A stretch of DNA of 64,000 nucleotides from an uncultured Bacillota bacterium (GTDB lineage Bacteria > Sysuimicrobiota > Sysuimicrobiia > Sysuimicrobiales > Segetimicrobiaceae). Made by a program: the position numbers and the translations under genes. Shown here piece by piece: positions 1 through 10,838 of the stretch. Where the stretch lies: positions 480,001 to 544,000 of the forward strand of contig CAWDRG010000017.1 of the NCBI GenBank assembly GCA_963804645.1, read 5' to 3'. Numbering within the stretch: the stretch's first letter is position 1; every line of letters starts with the position of its first letter. Below the pieces are notes generated by a model. It did no database searches. It was not told the DNA's origin and saw only the letters and a list, made by a program, of their open reading frames with translations.

Positions 1-1311
1 GTGACCCGAGATCCTGGCGGATGATGTTGCCGATCGCGACCCGGTCGGGATTGTCGGCGTTGGTCGAGATCACGAACTGGACCGGGTGCCCGTCAGCGTC
101 CCGCAGCGTCCCGTCCGCGCCCTTCTTGAACCCGGCCTCGGCCAGCACCTGGGCGGCCTTGTCGAGGTTGTACGGGTACTGCATGACGTGCGGGTCGAAG
201 AAGAACTTGTCCGACGGGCTCTCGGGCCCGTACTCGGGGACGGCGTGGCCGGCAAAGACCTGGTTGATGATCGCCTGCCGGTCGACGGCGTACGAGACCG
301 CCTGTCGGAACTTCTGGTTCTGAAACCACTTGAGCTTGTAGTCCGTCATCCCGGCGTGCGGATTCTGATTGAAGATCAGAAACTCCGAGCCGAAGCTCGG
401 CCCGCCGTCGTACACGGTGTAGTTGCCTGCCTTCTCGCCGCGCTTGAGGTCCGCGTACTCGGCCGGCCGGAGGCCGTAGCTCGCGGTCTGCCCCCCTGGA
501 ACAGGAGCCGCAGTGCGTTCTGGTTGGGCACGATTGCCAGCGAAATGTGGTCGATGTACGGCAGCCGCTGCCCGTGGGCGTCGACCTTCCAGTAGTGCGG
601 GTTCCGGTCGTAGGTGATCCGCTGGGCCGCCTGGTAGTTGGTCATGATGTATGGACCGGTGCCGACGATGTCCTTCGTCGACGTGTTGATCCCCCACGTC
701 TGGTTGAACTGCCCTGAATCGTACGCCGCTTCCAGCTTGTGCTGTGGGATCACCGTGGCGTTCCCGATCTCACGCAGGAAGGGGCCGAACGGCTCGACGG
801 TGGTAAACTGCACCGTCCGCGCGTCGATCTTCTTGACCGCAATCGGCTTGCCGGCCACGGTGAGCACGTCAGAGGCGCTATTCGGAATCCGCTTGTCGTA
901 GATCACCTTGAACGTGAACAGAATATCGTCCGCGGTCACTGGCGCGCCGTCATCCCACTGGAGGCCCTGGCGCAGCACGAACGTCCAGGTCCGCCCGTCC
1001 TTCGACACGGCCCAGGACTGCGCGAGCGCGGGCTCGATGTCGGTCGTCTTTCCGTTGGCTTCCACCAAGCCGTCGAAGACGTTCGCAAGCGGCCCGGTGG
1101 ACGTCGTCGAGTTGGCGAGGATCGGGTTAAACGTCGAGGGATCGGCCACCTGGGAGTCGAGGAACGTGCCCCCGAACGTGCCGATCTCCCCGCCCATCAC
1201 CTTGGGATCGGGCAGCCCCGGCAGGCTCGGATGCGGCGCGCCCGCCGCCCCGACACCCACGGGCAGCGACAGGCTCAAGGCGATCAGAACGGTCGTGCAC
1301 ACGGCTCGCAC
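1..1311 (-). CDS. ABC transporter substrate-binding protein, family 5 (peptide/nickel); runs off window start; frameshift at C-run ~491-496
   Basis: Signal peptide, then DPSTFNP..GLVE..IEPALAQSW..WTFVLR..WDDG.PVTADD and GTGPY motifs. The shifted frame continues with FRQAVSYAVDR..YPYNLDKAAQVLAEAG. Confidence 0.9.
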
Positions 1312-1707
1312 GGTCCGAATCCCTCCATCCAACTGCGCCGCAGGCGACCGGGCGCTCACCGAACTACGGGCGGGACATCCAATCGGTTCTGGCGTCCGGG
1401 GTATTCGCCCGCCCCGGCGGCGATTCCCGCCGGGGCGGCGAGCGCCGGACCGCCGGTCGACCGCGTCAAGTGCGGGGATGCCGGGACGCTGATCAGCGCG
1501 GCGTCCGGTCTCGACCGCCGCCTGACCGGTGCCTCGGGGCCCGGTCGCTAGTCACCCGCCAGACGCGAGGCCCCCCCTGTCTCCCCGGGGTTGCCGGAAC
1601 CGACCGCTGGGGTCCCGGGCACAGGACTGGGCCCGCGAGAGCACGAAAGCGGGCATACACCGCTGTGGTGGGGCGTCGGCGGCACCGCTCCCGGGGGGGA
1701 CACCAGA

Positions 1708-2373
1708 GTGAGGGGCACTAGCGACGCGCGACACGCGCACCGCGGGATCGCAACGACCGCCGCGCGGGCGGAAGGCCGCCCGTCCGAAGCCGGGCACCGC
1801 GGGGCGTTCCGCACCCGCCCGCGAGGTCCGCGCGCGTGGCGCATCGCCGCGTGCGGCGCACTGTGCTCGCTGGCGCTGTCGGGGGTGGCCAGCGCGCAGG
1901 CGCCGCTCACGCAGCGCTACACCGATCCGAGGGGCCGGTTCACCATCATGTTTCCAGACGACTGGACCCTGGTCACCGAGCGCGCGGGCGACACGGAGGT
2001 GACCGCGTTCGCCCCCGACAACACGAAGACCCGCAGAACCATCCTCCAAACCGGCGGCGTGATCACCGTGGCCGTGGACGAGCTGCCGTCCGCGATGTCC
2101 GCCCGCACCTACGGCGAGCTGATTGGCCGCGGCATGGCGTCGACGTTCGGCACCATCGGATTCGCGCTGCTTCAAGAGGGCCCGGCCAGAGTCGCGGGCC
2201 AGGACGCGTATTTCCAGTACTTCACGACCGCCAACCTCTACCAGCTGCAGACGTACGTGACCGTGGGCCGGTCGCTGTTTGTCATCAACGGGTCCTGCCC
2301 GAACGATCCGGAGATCACCAAGCGCGACGTCCCCGAGTTCGTGCGGATCACCGACACCTTTCGGGCTCGCTAG
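1708..2373 (+). CDS. Secreted PsbP/DcrB-like hypothetical protein (start uncertain)
   Basis: Signal-like segment ending ASA-Q, followed by the YTDPRGRFTIMFPDDW pattern typical of the PsbP-like fold. Confidence 0.55.
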   Translation: MRGTSDARHAHRGIATTAARAEGRPSEAGHRGAFRTRPRGPRAWRIAACGALCSLALSGVASAQAPLTQRYTDPRGRFTIMFPDDWTLVTERAGDTEVTAFAPDNTKTRRTILQTGGVITVAVDELPSAMSARTYGELIGRGMASTFGTIGFALLQEGPARVAGQDAYFQYFTTANLYQLQTYVTVGRSLFVINGSCPNDPEITKRDVPEFVRITDTFRAR

Positions 2374-2438
2374 CCGAGGTCTGCGCCCGCCGGCCGCGCG
2401 CTCCGCGCGTCCCGACCGCGGGAGCGGCCGCGGAAAGA

Positions 2439-4602
2439 CTACGCGGGGGCCGACGGCGCGATCCGCTCGAGCGGCGCGTAGCTGAGCGCAAGCCGCTTGG
2501 TCCCGACACCCTCAAACCGCACGGTGATGATGGCCTTCGGCCCGTCGCCGTCCACCTCGAGGACCCGGCCGGCTCCAAACGTCTTGTGCCGCACGGCATC
2601 GCCGACCGCGACCTCCGGCACGGGACGCTGGTCCGCCTCGGGCCAGTCGTCGGTCGCCGTGCGGGGCGTCTCGCCCCGGCTCACCACGCCCTCCGGCATC
2701 TCGGCGAGGAAGCGCGAGGGCAGGCTCGGGCGCGACGTGCCGTAGAGGGTGCGCTGGCGGGCGTAGGTCAGGAAGAGTCGCGCGCGCGCGCGGGTCATGC
2801 CGACGTAGCAGAGCCGTCGCTCCTCTTCCATGCCGCTCGGATCCTCCAGCGAGCGCATGTGCGGAAACAACCCTTCCTCGAGCCCGGCGAGCACCACGAC
2901 CGGAAACTCGAGCCCCTTCGCGCTGTGCAGCGTCATCAGCGTGACGCGATCCGCGCGGTCGTCGACCTGATCGGCATCGGTGACGAGCGCCAGATGCTGC
3001 AGCAGCATCTCGAGCGAGGCGTCGCCCGTCGTCTCCTCCACCTCCTGGGCGACCGCGGCGAGCTCGTCCAAGTTCTCCACGCGCGCGTACGCCTCGTCGG
3101 TGCGCTCCGCTTCGAGCGCGCGCCGGTAGCCGGTCAGCTCGAGCGCGCGGCCGAGCACCTCCCGGGCGGGGTGGTCGGCCGCGAAGGCCGCCAGCTGGTC
3201 CACGATCCCGACGTAGTCCTCGATCGCCTTCCGCGCCGGCCCGGCGACGCCCGCGTCCGCCGCGCGCCGCAGCGCGTCCCAGAACGAGATCCCCTCGGCG
3301 CGCGCCCAGGCGTCCAGCCGGCGCACGGTGGCGTCGCCGATGCCCCGCCGCGGCACGTTGAGCACGCGCCGGACGCTGGCTTCGTCCGCGGGATTGTACG
3401 CCGCCCGCAGGTACGCCAGCACGTCCTTGATCTCCGCGCGCTCGTAGAACCGCAGGCCTCCGACGATCCGGTAGGGCAGGCCGAGGCGGAGAAACATCTC
3501 CTCGAACTGCCGGGACTGCGCGTGCGTCCGGTACAGCACGGCCACATCGCCCGCGCGGCCCCCCGACGCGACGTAGCGCTTGACCGCCTCGCCGACGTAT
3601 CGCGCCTCGTCGTAGCCGTCCCACGCCTCGAACAGCGTGACCTCTTCCCCCTCCGGGTTCTCGGTCCACAGCGTCTTCGCGTGCCGGTGGGGGTTGTGCC
3701 GGATCACGGACGCGGCCGCGCGCAGGATCCGCTGCGTGGACCGATAGTTCTGCTCGAGGGTGACGACCTTCGCCTCCGGGTAGTCGCGCTCGAACTCAAG
3801 AATGTTGCGGACGTCGGCGCCGCGCCAGCGGTAGATCGCCTGATCGTCGTCGCCGACGACGCTCAGGTTCCGCCGGGTCCCGGCGAGCAGATTGACGAGC
3901 ACGTACTGGGAGTGGTTCGTGTCCTGGTACTCGTCGACCAAGACGTGGAGGAACCGCGCCTGGTACCGCGCGAGGACGTCGGGATGCTGCCGGAACAGCT
4001 CGACCGTGCGGACGAGCAGGTCGTCGAAGTCGAGCGCGTGGCACTCCTCGAGCCGGCGCTGGTACGCGGCGTACAGCCGCCCGATCACGGACTGCGCGGT
4101 GCGTCTCCGCACGCGCCGCGTACGCGACGTGGTCGATCAAGTCGTTCTTGGCCCGGCTGATCTCCGCGAGCACCGCCGCGGGCGGGTACTGGTGATCGTC
4201 GACGTTCTGGGCGCGGAGCACCTCCCGCATCAGCGCCCGCTGGTCGTCGCCGTCGTAAATGACAAACCGCGGGTCGAGCCCGAGGGCGGCGCCGGAGACG
4301 CGCAGGATCCGGCTCGCGATCGAGTGGAACGTGCCGATCCACAGCGCGCGGGCGACGCCGGGCCCGAGCAGATGCTCGAGCCGCTCCCGCATCTCCCCCG
4401 CCGCCTTGTTGGTAAACGTGACCGCCAGGATCTGGGACGGGGCGACGCCGCGGTCGTGGATGAGGCCGGCGATGCGGTAGGTCAGCACGCGCGTCTTCCC
4501 GGACCCGGCGCCGGCCAGCACGAGCAGCGGCCCATCCGGATGGCGCACGGCATCGAGCTGGGCGGGGTTCAACAGCGATTCGAGGTCGACGCTGGATGTC
4601 AT
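2439..4602 (-). CDS. pcrA: ATP-dependent DNA helicase PcrA/UvrD (frameshift ~4100)
   Basis: LNPAQ, AGAGSGKT, VDEYQDTN, VGDDDQAIY, QNYRS, TLHSAKGLEF, EERRLCYVGMTRA and a C-terminal Tudor-like domain, split across ORFs 3796..4635 and 2439..4112. Confidence 0.95.
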
Positions 4603-4733
4603 CACAGTGTGGTGGGACCGCTCCCGTGTCCTCAAAGATCGGGAGGCGCCGGCGCTCCCGTCACCGCGCCCTCAGGGGGTCCGCGGCGTGCTCCTCCGCT
4701 CACGCCGGCTCGCCGCGCGGGCCGGACGGACGG

Positions 4734-6350
4734 CTACTCCCACTCGATCGTGGCGGGCGGCTTGCTGCTGATGTCGTAGACGACGCGGCTGACGCCTTTG
4801 ACCTCGCCGGTGATCCGGTTGCTGATCGTCTCAAGCAGCTCCGCGGGCAGCCGGGCCCAATCGGCCGTCATCCCGTCCTCGCTCGTCACGGCCCGCACCG
4901 CGACGACGTGTCCGTACGTGCGGGCATCGCCGGCGACCCCGACGGTGTGCACCGGCAGCAGCACCGCGAACGCCTGCCAGACGTCACGGCCGAGGCCCGC
5001 GCGCCGGATCTCCCCGGTCACGATCGCGTCCGCCTCCCGAAGCGTCTCGAGACGATCCTCGGTCACCTCGCCGATGACCCGGATCGCGAGCCCCGGTCCC
5101 GGGAACGGATGGCGCCCGACCATCTCGTCGGGAAGCCCGAGCGTCCGCGCGACCACGCGCACCTCGTCCTTGAACAGCGTCCGGAACGGCTCGATCAGCC
5201 GAAACGGCATCACCTCGGGCAGACCGCCGACGTTGTGGTGCGTCTTGATCCGCGCCGCGGTGCGCGTGCCGCTCTCGATCACGTCGGGGTACAGCGTCCC
5301 CTGCACCAGGAACTCCGGCTTGCCGAGGCGCGCGGCCTCTTCCGCGAACACGCTGATGAACTCCTGGCCGATCAGGACACGCTTCCGCTCCGGATCGGTG
5401 ACGCCCCGCAGCCGGTCGAGAAACCGGCGCCGGGCGTCGACATGAATGAGCGACACGCCGAAGTGGTCGCGGAACACCTCGACGACGCGCTGCGCTTCGC
5501 CGAGCCGCAGCAGGCCGTGATCCACGAACACGCAGGTCAGCCGGTCGCCGATCGCTCGGAACACGAGGGCCGCGGCCGCGGTCGAGTCCACGCCCCCGCT
5601 CAGCGCACAGATCGCCCGCCCCGCGTCGACCCGGGTGCGGATCTCGCCGGCCGCCTGCTCGACAAACGAGGTCATCGTCCAGGACGGCGCGCAGCCGCAG
5701 ACGTTGTACACGAAGTTCCGCAGCACTTCCGTCCCCCACGGGGTGTGCGACACCTCGGGGTGGAACTGGAGACCGAAGAGGCCGCGGCGGCGGTCGGCCA
5801 CCGCGGCGTGCGGCGAGTGATCGGAGTGCGCGAGGCTCTCAAACCCGTCGGGCAGCCGGTGCACCGTGTCGCCGTGGCTCATCCAGCAGATCAGCCGGGG
5901 CTCCAGCCCGCGGAACAGTCCCTCGCTCCGGTCGGGCTCATCCACGAACAGCCGCGTCCGGCCGAACTCTTTCCGGGTCGCGGGGCCGGTCTCCCCGCCG
6001 AGCGTGTGCGCCATCAGTTGCATGCCGTAGCAGATGCCGAGCGTCGGCACGCCGGCGTCGAACAGCGCCGGGTCGCACTGGGGCGCGCCCGCGTCGTAGA
6101 CGCTCGCCGGCCCTCCGGAGAGGATGATCCCCTTCGGCTTGAGCGCGAGCAGCTCCGACAGCGGCGTGTCGAACGGCAGGATCAGGCTGTAGACGCGGAG
6201 TTCGCGGATCCGGCGCGCGATCAGCTGGCTGTACTGCGCGCCGAAGTCGAGCACCACGACCAAATCGTCGACCGGCGGGATCGCGTGCGCCTCGGCACGC
6301 TCCCGCGGCGTGGTCGCCGGGCGCTCCGCCCGCACCTGCGTCCGGGCCAT
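4734..6350 (-). CDS. guaA: GMP synthase (glutamine-hydrolysing)
   Basis: [53 protein letters not shown]. Confidence 0.97.
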   Translation of the reverse strand: MARTQVRAERPATTPRERAEAHAIPPVDDLVVVLDFGAQYSQLIARRIRELRVYSLILPFDTPLSELLALKPKGIILSGGPASVYDAGAPQCDPALFDAGVPTLGICYGMQLMAHTLGGETGPATRKEFGRTRLFVDEPDRSEGLFRGLEPRLICWMSHGDTVHRLPDGFESLAHSDHSPHAAVADRRRGLFGLQFHPEVSHTPWGTEVLRNFVYNVCGCAPSWTMTSFVEQAAGEIRTRVDAGRAICALSGGVDSTAAAALVFRAIGDRLTCVFVDHGLLRLGEAQRVVEVFRDHFGVSLIHVDARRRFLDRLRGVTDPERKRVLIGQEFISVFAEEAARLGKPEFLVQGTLYPDVIESGTRTAARIKTHHNVGGLPEVMPFRLIEPFRTLFKDEVRVVARTLGLPDEMVGRHPFPGPGLAIRVIGEVTEDRLETLREADAIVTGEIRRAGLGRDVWQAFAVLLPVHTVGVAGDARTYGHVVAVRAVTSEDGMTADWARLPAELLETISNRITGEVKGVSRVVYDISSKPPATIEWE

Positions 6351-7517
6351 CAGCGCCCCTGCCCGACGTGCTGGGCGATCTGCATCGTCTTCCCTTCCGT
6401 GACCAGAGACGGGGCGATGATCACCTCGGTCTGCTGCATCTCGCGGATCGTGCGGGCGCCGCACATCCCCATCGCGGTGCGGAGCGCCTCCATGAGGTTT
6501 TGAGACCCGTCGTCGACCCGGGCGGGGCCGTGCAGGATATCGCGCAGCGTGCCGGTCGTGCGCACGGCAATCCGCGTGCCCCGGGGCAGGGCCGCGTGCG
6601 GGGTCGCCATGCCCCAGTGGAACCCCCGCCCGGGCGCCTCCTCGGATCGCGCAAAGAGGGACCCCAGCATGACCGCGTCGGCGCCGCACGCGATCGACTT
6701 CGCGATCTCCCCGCCGACGCTGATCCCGCCGTCCGCGATGATCGGCACGTACCGTCCGGTCTGGCGGGCGTACTCGGAGCGCGCCGCCGCGACGTCCATG
6801 ATCGCGGTCGCCTGCGGGACACCGACACCGAGCACCTTCCGGCTGGTACACGCCGCCCCGGGCCCGACCCCCACGAACACGGCGGCGACCCCCGCCTCGC
6901 ACAACTGGAGGGCCGCCTCGTAGGACACGCAGTTGCCGGCCATCACGGGGATCCGGGTCGTCGCGGTGAGCTCGCGCAGCGACACGGTGCGCCCGCGCTC
7001 GCTGCGGTGGTGTTCCGTGATCACGGTCGACTGCACGAGCAGCAGCTCGGCGCCGGCGTCCGCCGCCAGCCGCCCCAGGCGGGCGGCCGCGCCCGGCGTC
7101 GTCGACACGACAGGCACTCCGCCGCCCTTGCGGATCTCCTCCACCCGCCGCCCGACCAACTCGTCCTTCACAGGTTCCCGGTAGACGTCCTGCATCACGC
7201 CGACGACCCGGTCCGGCGTCGCTTCGGCGAGCCGGTCCAGCACGTCCTGAGGGACGTTCGTATCGGGTTTGAATGCCCTCGAGGTTCAGGACGGCCATCC
7301 CGCCCAACTTGGAGAGCGCGATCGCGAAGCGGACGTCCACGACGCTGTCCATCGCGGACGCGATCACCGGGAGCGGAAACCGCCGGCCGGCGACCTCCCA
7401 CGAGAGATCCACGTCCTCCGGGTCGATCGTTCCCGACGCGGGCACGAGCGCGATCTCCTCGAATCCGTACGTCCGACGGGCCGGACGCCCCTTGCCGATA
7501 AACTCCACGCGGTTCAC
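6350..7517 (-). CDS. guaB: IMP dehydrogenase, CBS-less GuaB3-like type (frameshift ~7250)
   Basis: [17 protein letters not shown], catalytic [16 protein letters not shown] and GADAVMLGS; lies between hpt and guaA. Confidence 0.9.
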
Positions 7518-7589
7518 CTCCTTGCTGCGATCTCGACGATCATCCGCGTTGCGCCGCCGCCGCTCCCTGGCGGGGGCGGCGGCGGTGAC

Positions 7590-8132
7590 TCACGTATACA
7601 CCTCCGGCTTCAACACACAGATAAACGGTAAATTCCGGTAAATCCCTCCGTAGTCCAGCCCGTAGCCGACGACGAACTTGTCGGGAATCTCAAACCCGCG
7701 GTAGTCGATCGCCACCTGGCGCCGGCGCCGCGTGACCTTGTCGAGCAGCGCGCACACGCGCAGGCTCGCCGGATACCGCGCCTTCAACGTCTCCAGCAGA
7801 TAGTCCATCGTAAAGCCGGTATCGATGATGTCGTCCACGATCAGCACGTGGCGGCCTTCGATGGTCTGGTCGAGGTCTTTGAGGATGCGGACGATCCCGC
7901 TGTTCTCCGTTCCCGCGCCGTACGCGCTCGTGGCGATGAAGTCGAGCATGCACGGAATGGTCACCTGACGGATCAGATCGGCGAGGAAGATTGACGCGCC
8001 CTTCAGGATGCCGACGAGGAGGGGGGTCTTGCCTTCGTACTCACCGCTGATCTGCCGACCGAGACCCGCGATCCGAGCCCGCAGCTCGTCCTCGCGGATC
8101 AACACCTCTGACACATCATCGAGCAACGCCAC
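7590..8132 (-). CDS. hpt: Hypoxanthine phosphoribosyltransferase
   Basis: GILKGA, VLIVDDIIDTG, ALLDK, FVVGYGLDY..YRNLP. Confidence 0.96.
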   Translation of the reverse strand: MALLDDVSEVLIREDELRARIAGLGRQISGEYEGKTPLLVGILKGASIFLADLIRQVTIPCMLDFIATSAYGAGTENSGIVRILKDLDQTIEGRHVLIVDDIIDTGFTMDYLLETLKARYPASLRVCALLDKVTRRRRQVAIDYRGFEIPDKFVVGYGLDYGGIYRNLPFICVLKPEVYT

Positions 8133-8191
8133 GCGACGCGGGACCTCCGGGGGAACCCGGTCCGACCAAGGCCGTCCGGGTAATTAGACGC

Positions 8192-8220
8192 ATTATAGTA
8201 CTCACGTTCGCTAGTGTCAA
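8192..8220 (-). promoter_or_regulatory. Consensus sigma-70/SigA promoter of hpt-guaB-guaA-pcrA
   Basis: Minus strand reads TTGACA-17 bp-TATAAT, a perfect consensus, 60 bp upstream of hpt. Confidence 0.85.
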
Positions 8221-8403
8221 CGGGAACAGCACCGAGTCAACGGTGAGGAATAGGGCCCGACACGCAGGGCGTCCGGGAGCGGGTTGGGAACGCCGGAAAC
8301 AGCGTGATGGAGAGTGGGCTCGAAGCGATCGGCTTCGAGAGGGTGAAGAGCGCAGCGAGCACAGCGAGTGCGAGAGCCGGAGCAGCCACCAGCGCCCCGG
8401 TGT

Positions 8404-9740
8404 TTAGGAGGTATCGAAGCGGATTTGGATGGCGGGTCTCGACTCCTCGGGAAGCAGGTGATGGCGCAGGTCCTCGAGGAGCCGGCGGGCGATGTTTTTG
8501 AGACTGCCAAACAGTGCCAGCGGCGTTTTGCCGTGCCGCTGGGCCAGATGCTGAAGCAGACTCCCCGCTCCAGTAGTTGCAGCATCATGTGTGCGATCTG
8601 CAGGAGATAGTAGTAGGCCTTGATCAACTCCGGATCGGTGCTGTAGGGATGCTCCAAGTTCAGCTCGCTGTTTTTTTGGACATTGAATCCCGCCTCAATC
8701 GTCCAGCGACGTCGCCCCCCTTTCATCGCGATTTCCACGACCGTCTCCCGAGTCACCGGCAGGTTCGTCATCCACACGAACGTCGTCGTGGTGTCCTTGA
8801 CCGTCTCCTCGCACAACAAGGCGTTGAACCGGTACGGGCGCCGGTGCGCATCCTCCGCCGTCATCCCCGTCGCCCATCGGTACGCCTGCCGCGTGCCATT
8901 CGGCAGGGTCAGCCGCAGGACGTGCTCCGGGCACAACGCCAACACGGCCTGAAACTCGGTCCAAGCAGTCTGCGCGTTCCCCGCCTTGAACGTGAACACA
9001 TAGCTCCAGCCCTGGGCTTCGACCAACCGCACGGCCGGCGCACACGCATACAGCGCGTCACTCGTCACACACACGGCCGTCTGAGGATACGCCTGCCGCA
9101 GATCCGGGACCAGGCGGCGAAACGCGGCCAGCTCGCAGTCTTGCTTCCACGTCTCCGGGTCCCGGCCCACCGGAGATGGCCGATCGGCGTTCTCGATAAA
9201 CGCCGTCCCCATGGACAGCCCGAGGCCGCCGGGCCCGAGGAGTTTCGCCTCTTCGACCATGTGCAGATACACGTCGTGGGTCGCATGACGCCGCACCAAG
9301 CACTGGGGACAATGCGCCGTGCGAAAGTGGAGATGGCCCGTCCCGTCGATCGCGACCACCACGCGCCCCAGCAACCGCGCCGCATCCAGGACTTTCATCC
9401 GGAGGAGCCGCCGGATCATCTGCGTCCGCAGCGCCGCCAGCGGCGCGCTCCCCACATGCCCCAAGAAGTGATCCAACGTGTCGTGCACCGGCAAGGTCGC
9501 TTGCTGCGTGCCGGCGAGCCGATTGACATTGCCCAGCACCTGCGTCGTCGCATCGCGTAAGTCAAAGTCCAACTGGCGCCGGCTGCCCAGCTTGCAGCAG
9601 AACAGCAACACCCCCCACCAGGCCAGAAACTTCTTGTCGTACTCGATGAACGGCACATATCGGGTGTCCGGCAGCGCATCCAGCCACTGATTGAGCGCCG
9701 GCCAGAAGTGCTGGACCGTCCGCCGAAAGGCGGGGCTCAG
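8404..9740 (-). CDS. DDE transposase (start uncertain; frameshift in C-run ~8565; corrected C-terminus ..IQIRFDTS)
   Basis: N-terminal LPDTR...Y motif; catalytic-like VAIDGTG, VTSDALY and RWTIE; internal HCPQC. Confidence 0.85.
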
Positions 9741-10099
9741 CGTCCCGTGGATCGACCCGCCCGCTGCTTCCGGGCGCGGACGTGGCCCCGGATCCGCGCC
9801 AGCGCTAGCTCCGTGCTCTCCTGGATCACCTGGCGCAGCCGCTGGTATTCGTCGACCCATGCGCGAACCTCAGCCACCAGCTCGACCGGGACATAGGTGG
9901 TCTGGGTCTTGCCGTCGACCGAGCGCGTCAGGTAGTGCCCCACGTGGAGCGCCCCCTGCGCGCAGTGGCACCCCGGCCGGCCGCAGCGCCGCGCGATTTG
10001 CACCAAGCTCGCCGCCAGCACCGGCCCGCGGGCCTGTAATTGCTTGACCCGCGCGTCGAGCTGGCGACGCTGCAGCGTCGGGTGGTCCCGCATGCGCAT
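9737..10099 (-). CDS. Small basic IS accessory protein, DUF6788-like
   Basis: CGRPGCHCAQGALH..YLTRSVDGKTQTTYVP motif; lies directly upstream of the transposase and inside the IS ends. Confidence 0.75.
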   Translation of the reverse strand: MRMRDHPTLQRRQLDARVKQLQARGPVLAASLVQIARRCGRPGCHCAQGALHVGHYLTRSVDGKTQTTYVPVELVAEVRAWVDEYQRLRQVIQESTELALARIRGHVRARKQRAGRSTGR

Positions 10100-10415
10100 G
10101 GTTCATTCCCTTCGACACCATGCCCCTCGCCCCCACCTCGCGAGCCGTCGAGGATGCTGGTAAGCGATCCACTATTCAGTATTGACCCCGGATTCTCCTG
10201 CTGCGAAGAAAAAGATTTTGGCGAGGCACCGCCTGAGGAGGGCACCGTCGCGGGCGCGCGCTCCTACCCGCTTATCACGCGGGCGCGAGGTGCGACGAAT
10301 TCTTATTCTTCAGGGCTGGCACCGAGTCCGACGAGCCAAGATAAAGATAACGCCCGCCGCGCGATCACCGCGCGACGGGCCCGAACTTCGCTGCGTCGAG
10401 ACGTCGAAGCTGCCG

Positions 10416-10763
10416 CTAGTGCGCCGGGGAAGGTGGGGGAAGAACTGGAACGTTCCCGGGCGCCGGGTTCGCGGGTGGCGGATTCCCATACGAAGTGGGG
10501 GCAGCCTTCACGATCGTCCACCCTGTCCCGTCATACCGCACCAGGTCGCCGACCTGCACCACGTCGTAAAACGCCGCGGGCACGGTGAACGTATCGCTCG
10601 CAATCTGGAGCACGGACATGTCGTTGTCGCCGGTACCGCTGAACTTCGCCTGCACGACCCCGTACACGTACCCGCCGTTCGGCGTGCAGCCAGCACCAAA
10701 ATCGGCCGCCAGCGCCGACACGGCCAGCACGAACACGAGCACCGTCACTGTCCGAACCGACAT
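10416..10763 (-). CDS. Small secreted hypothetical protein with Pro-rich tail
   Basis: GGAGG RBS, hydrophobic signal (VTVLVFVLAVSALA), small beta-rich domain and its own promoter. Confidence 0.7.
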   Translation of the reverse strand: MSVRTVTVLVFVLAVSALAADFGAGCTPNGGYVYGVVQAKFSGTGDNDMSVLQIASDTFTVPAAFYDVVQVGDLVRYDGTGWTIVKAAPTSYGNPPPANPAPGNVPVLPPPSPAH

Positions 10764-10793
10764 ACACCCACACCTCCACCGCTTCCTACTGTT

Positions 10794-10822
10794 AGTATAC
10801 CGACGCAGCCGGTTATTGGCAA
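10794..10822 (-). promoter_or_regulatory. Sigma-70-type promoter of the 10416..10763 gene
   Basis: TTGCCA-17 bp-TATACT on the minus strand. Confidence 0.65.
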
Positions 10823-10838
10823 CAGAGGGAGAGCGGCC

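Larger units (their letters stand above)
8238..10318 (-). mobile_element. Two-ORF insertion sequence (~2.08 kb) with ISAs1-like/unclassified DDE transposase
   Basis: Flanking direct repeat GCACCGAGT at 8229-8237 and 10319-10327. Imperfect terminal IRs CAACGGTGAGGAATAGG vs CAGCCCTGAAGAATAAG (12/17). Confidence 0.85.

Noticed and set aside
4734..7517. 927-aa GuaB-GuaA fusion
   Set aside because: The middle is out-of-frame sequence; the real GuaB continues in ORF 6350..7243 after an indel.
10318..10328. GGCACCGAGTC resembles the Cas9 tracrRNA 3' hairpin; internal GGCACCG motifs resemble the IS target (RNA-guide idea)
   Set aside because: The sequence is explained as the TSD. No cas gene or array is present, and 6-7 bp matches are expected by chance at this GC content.
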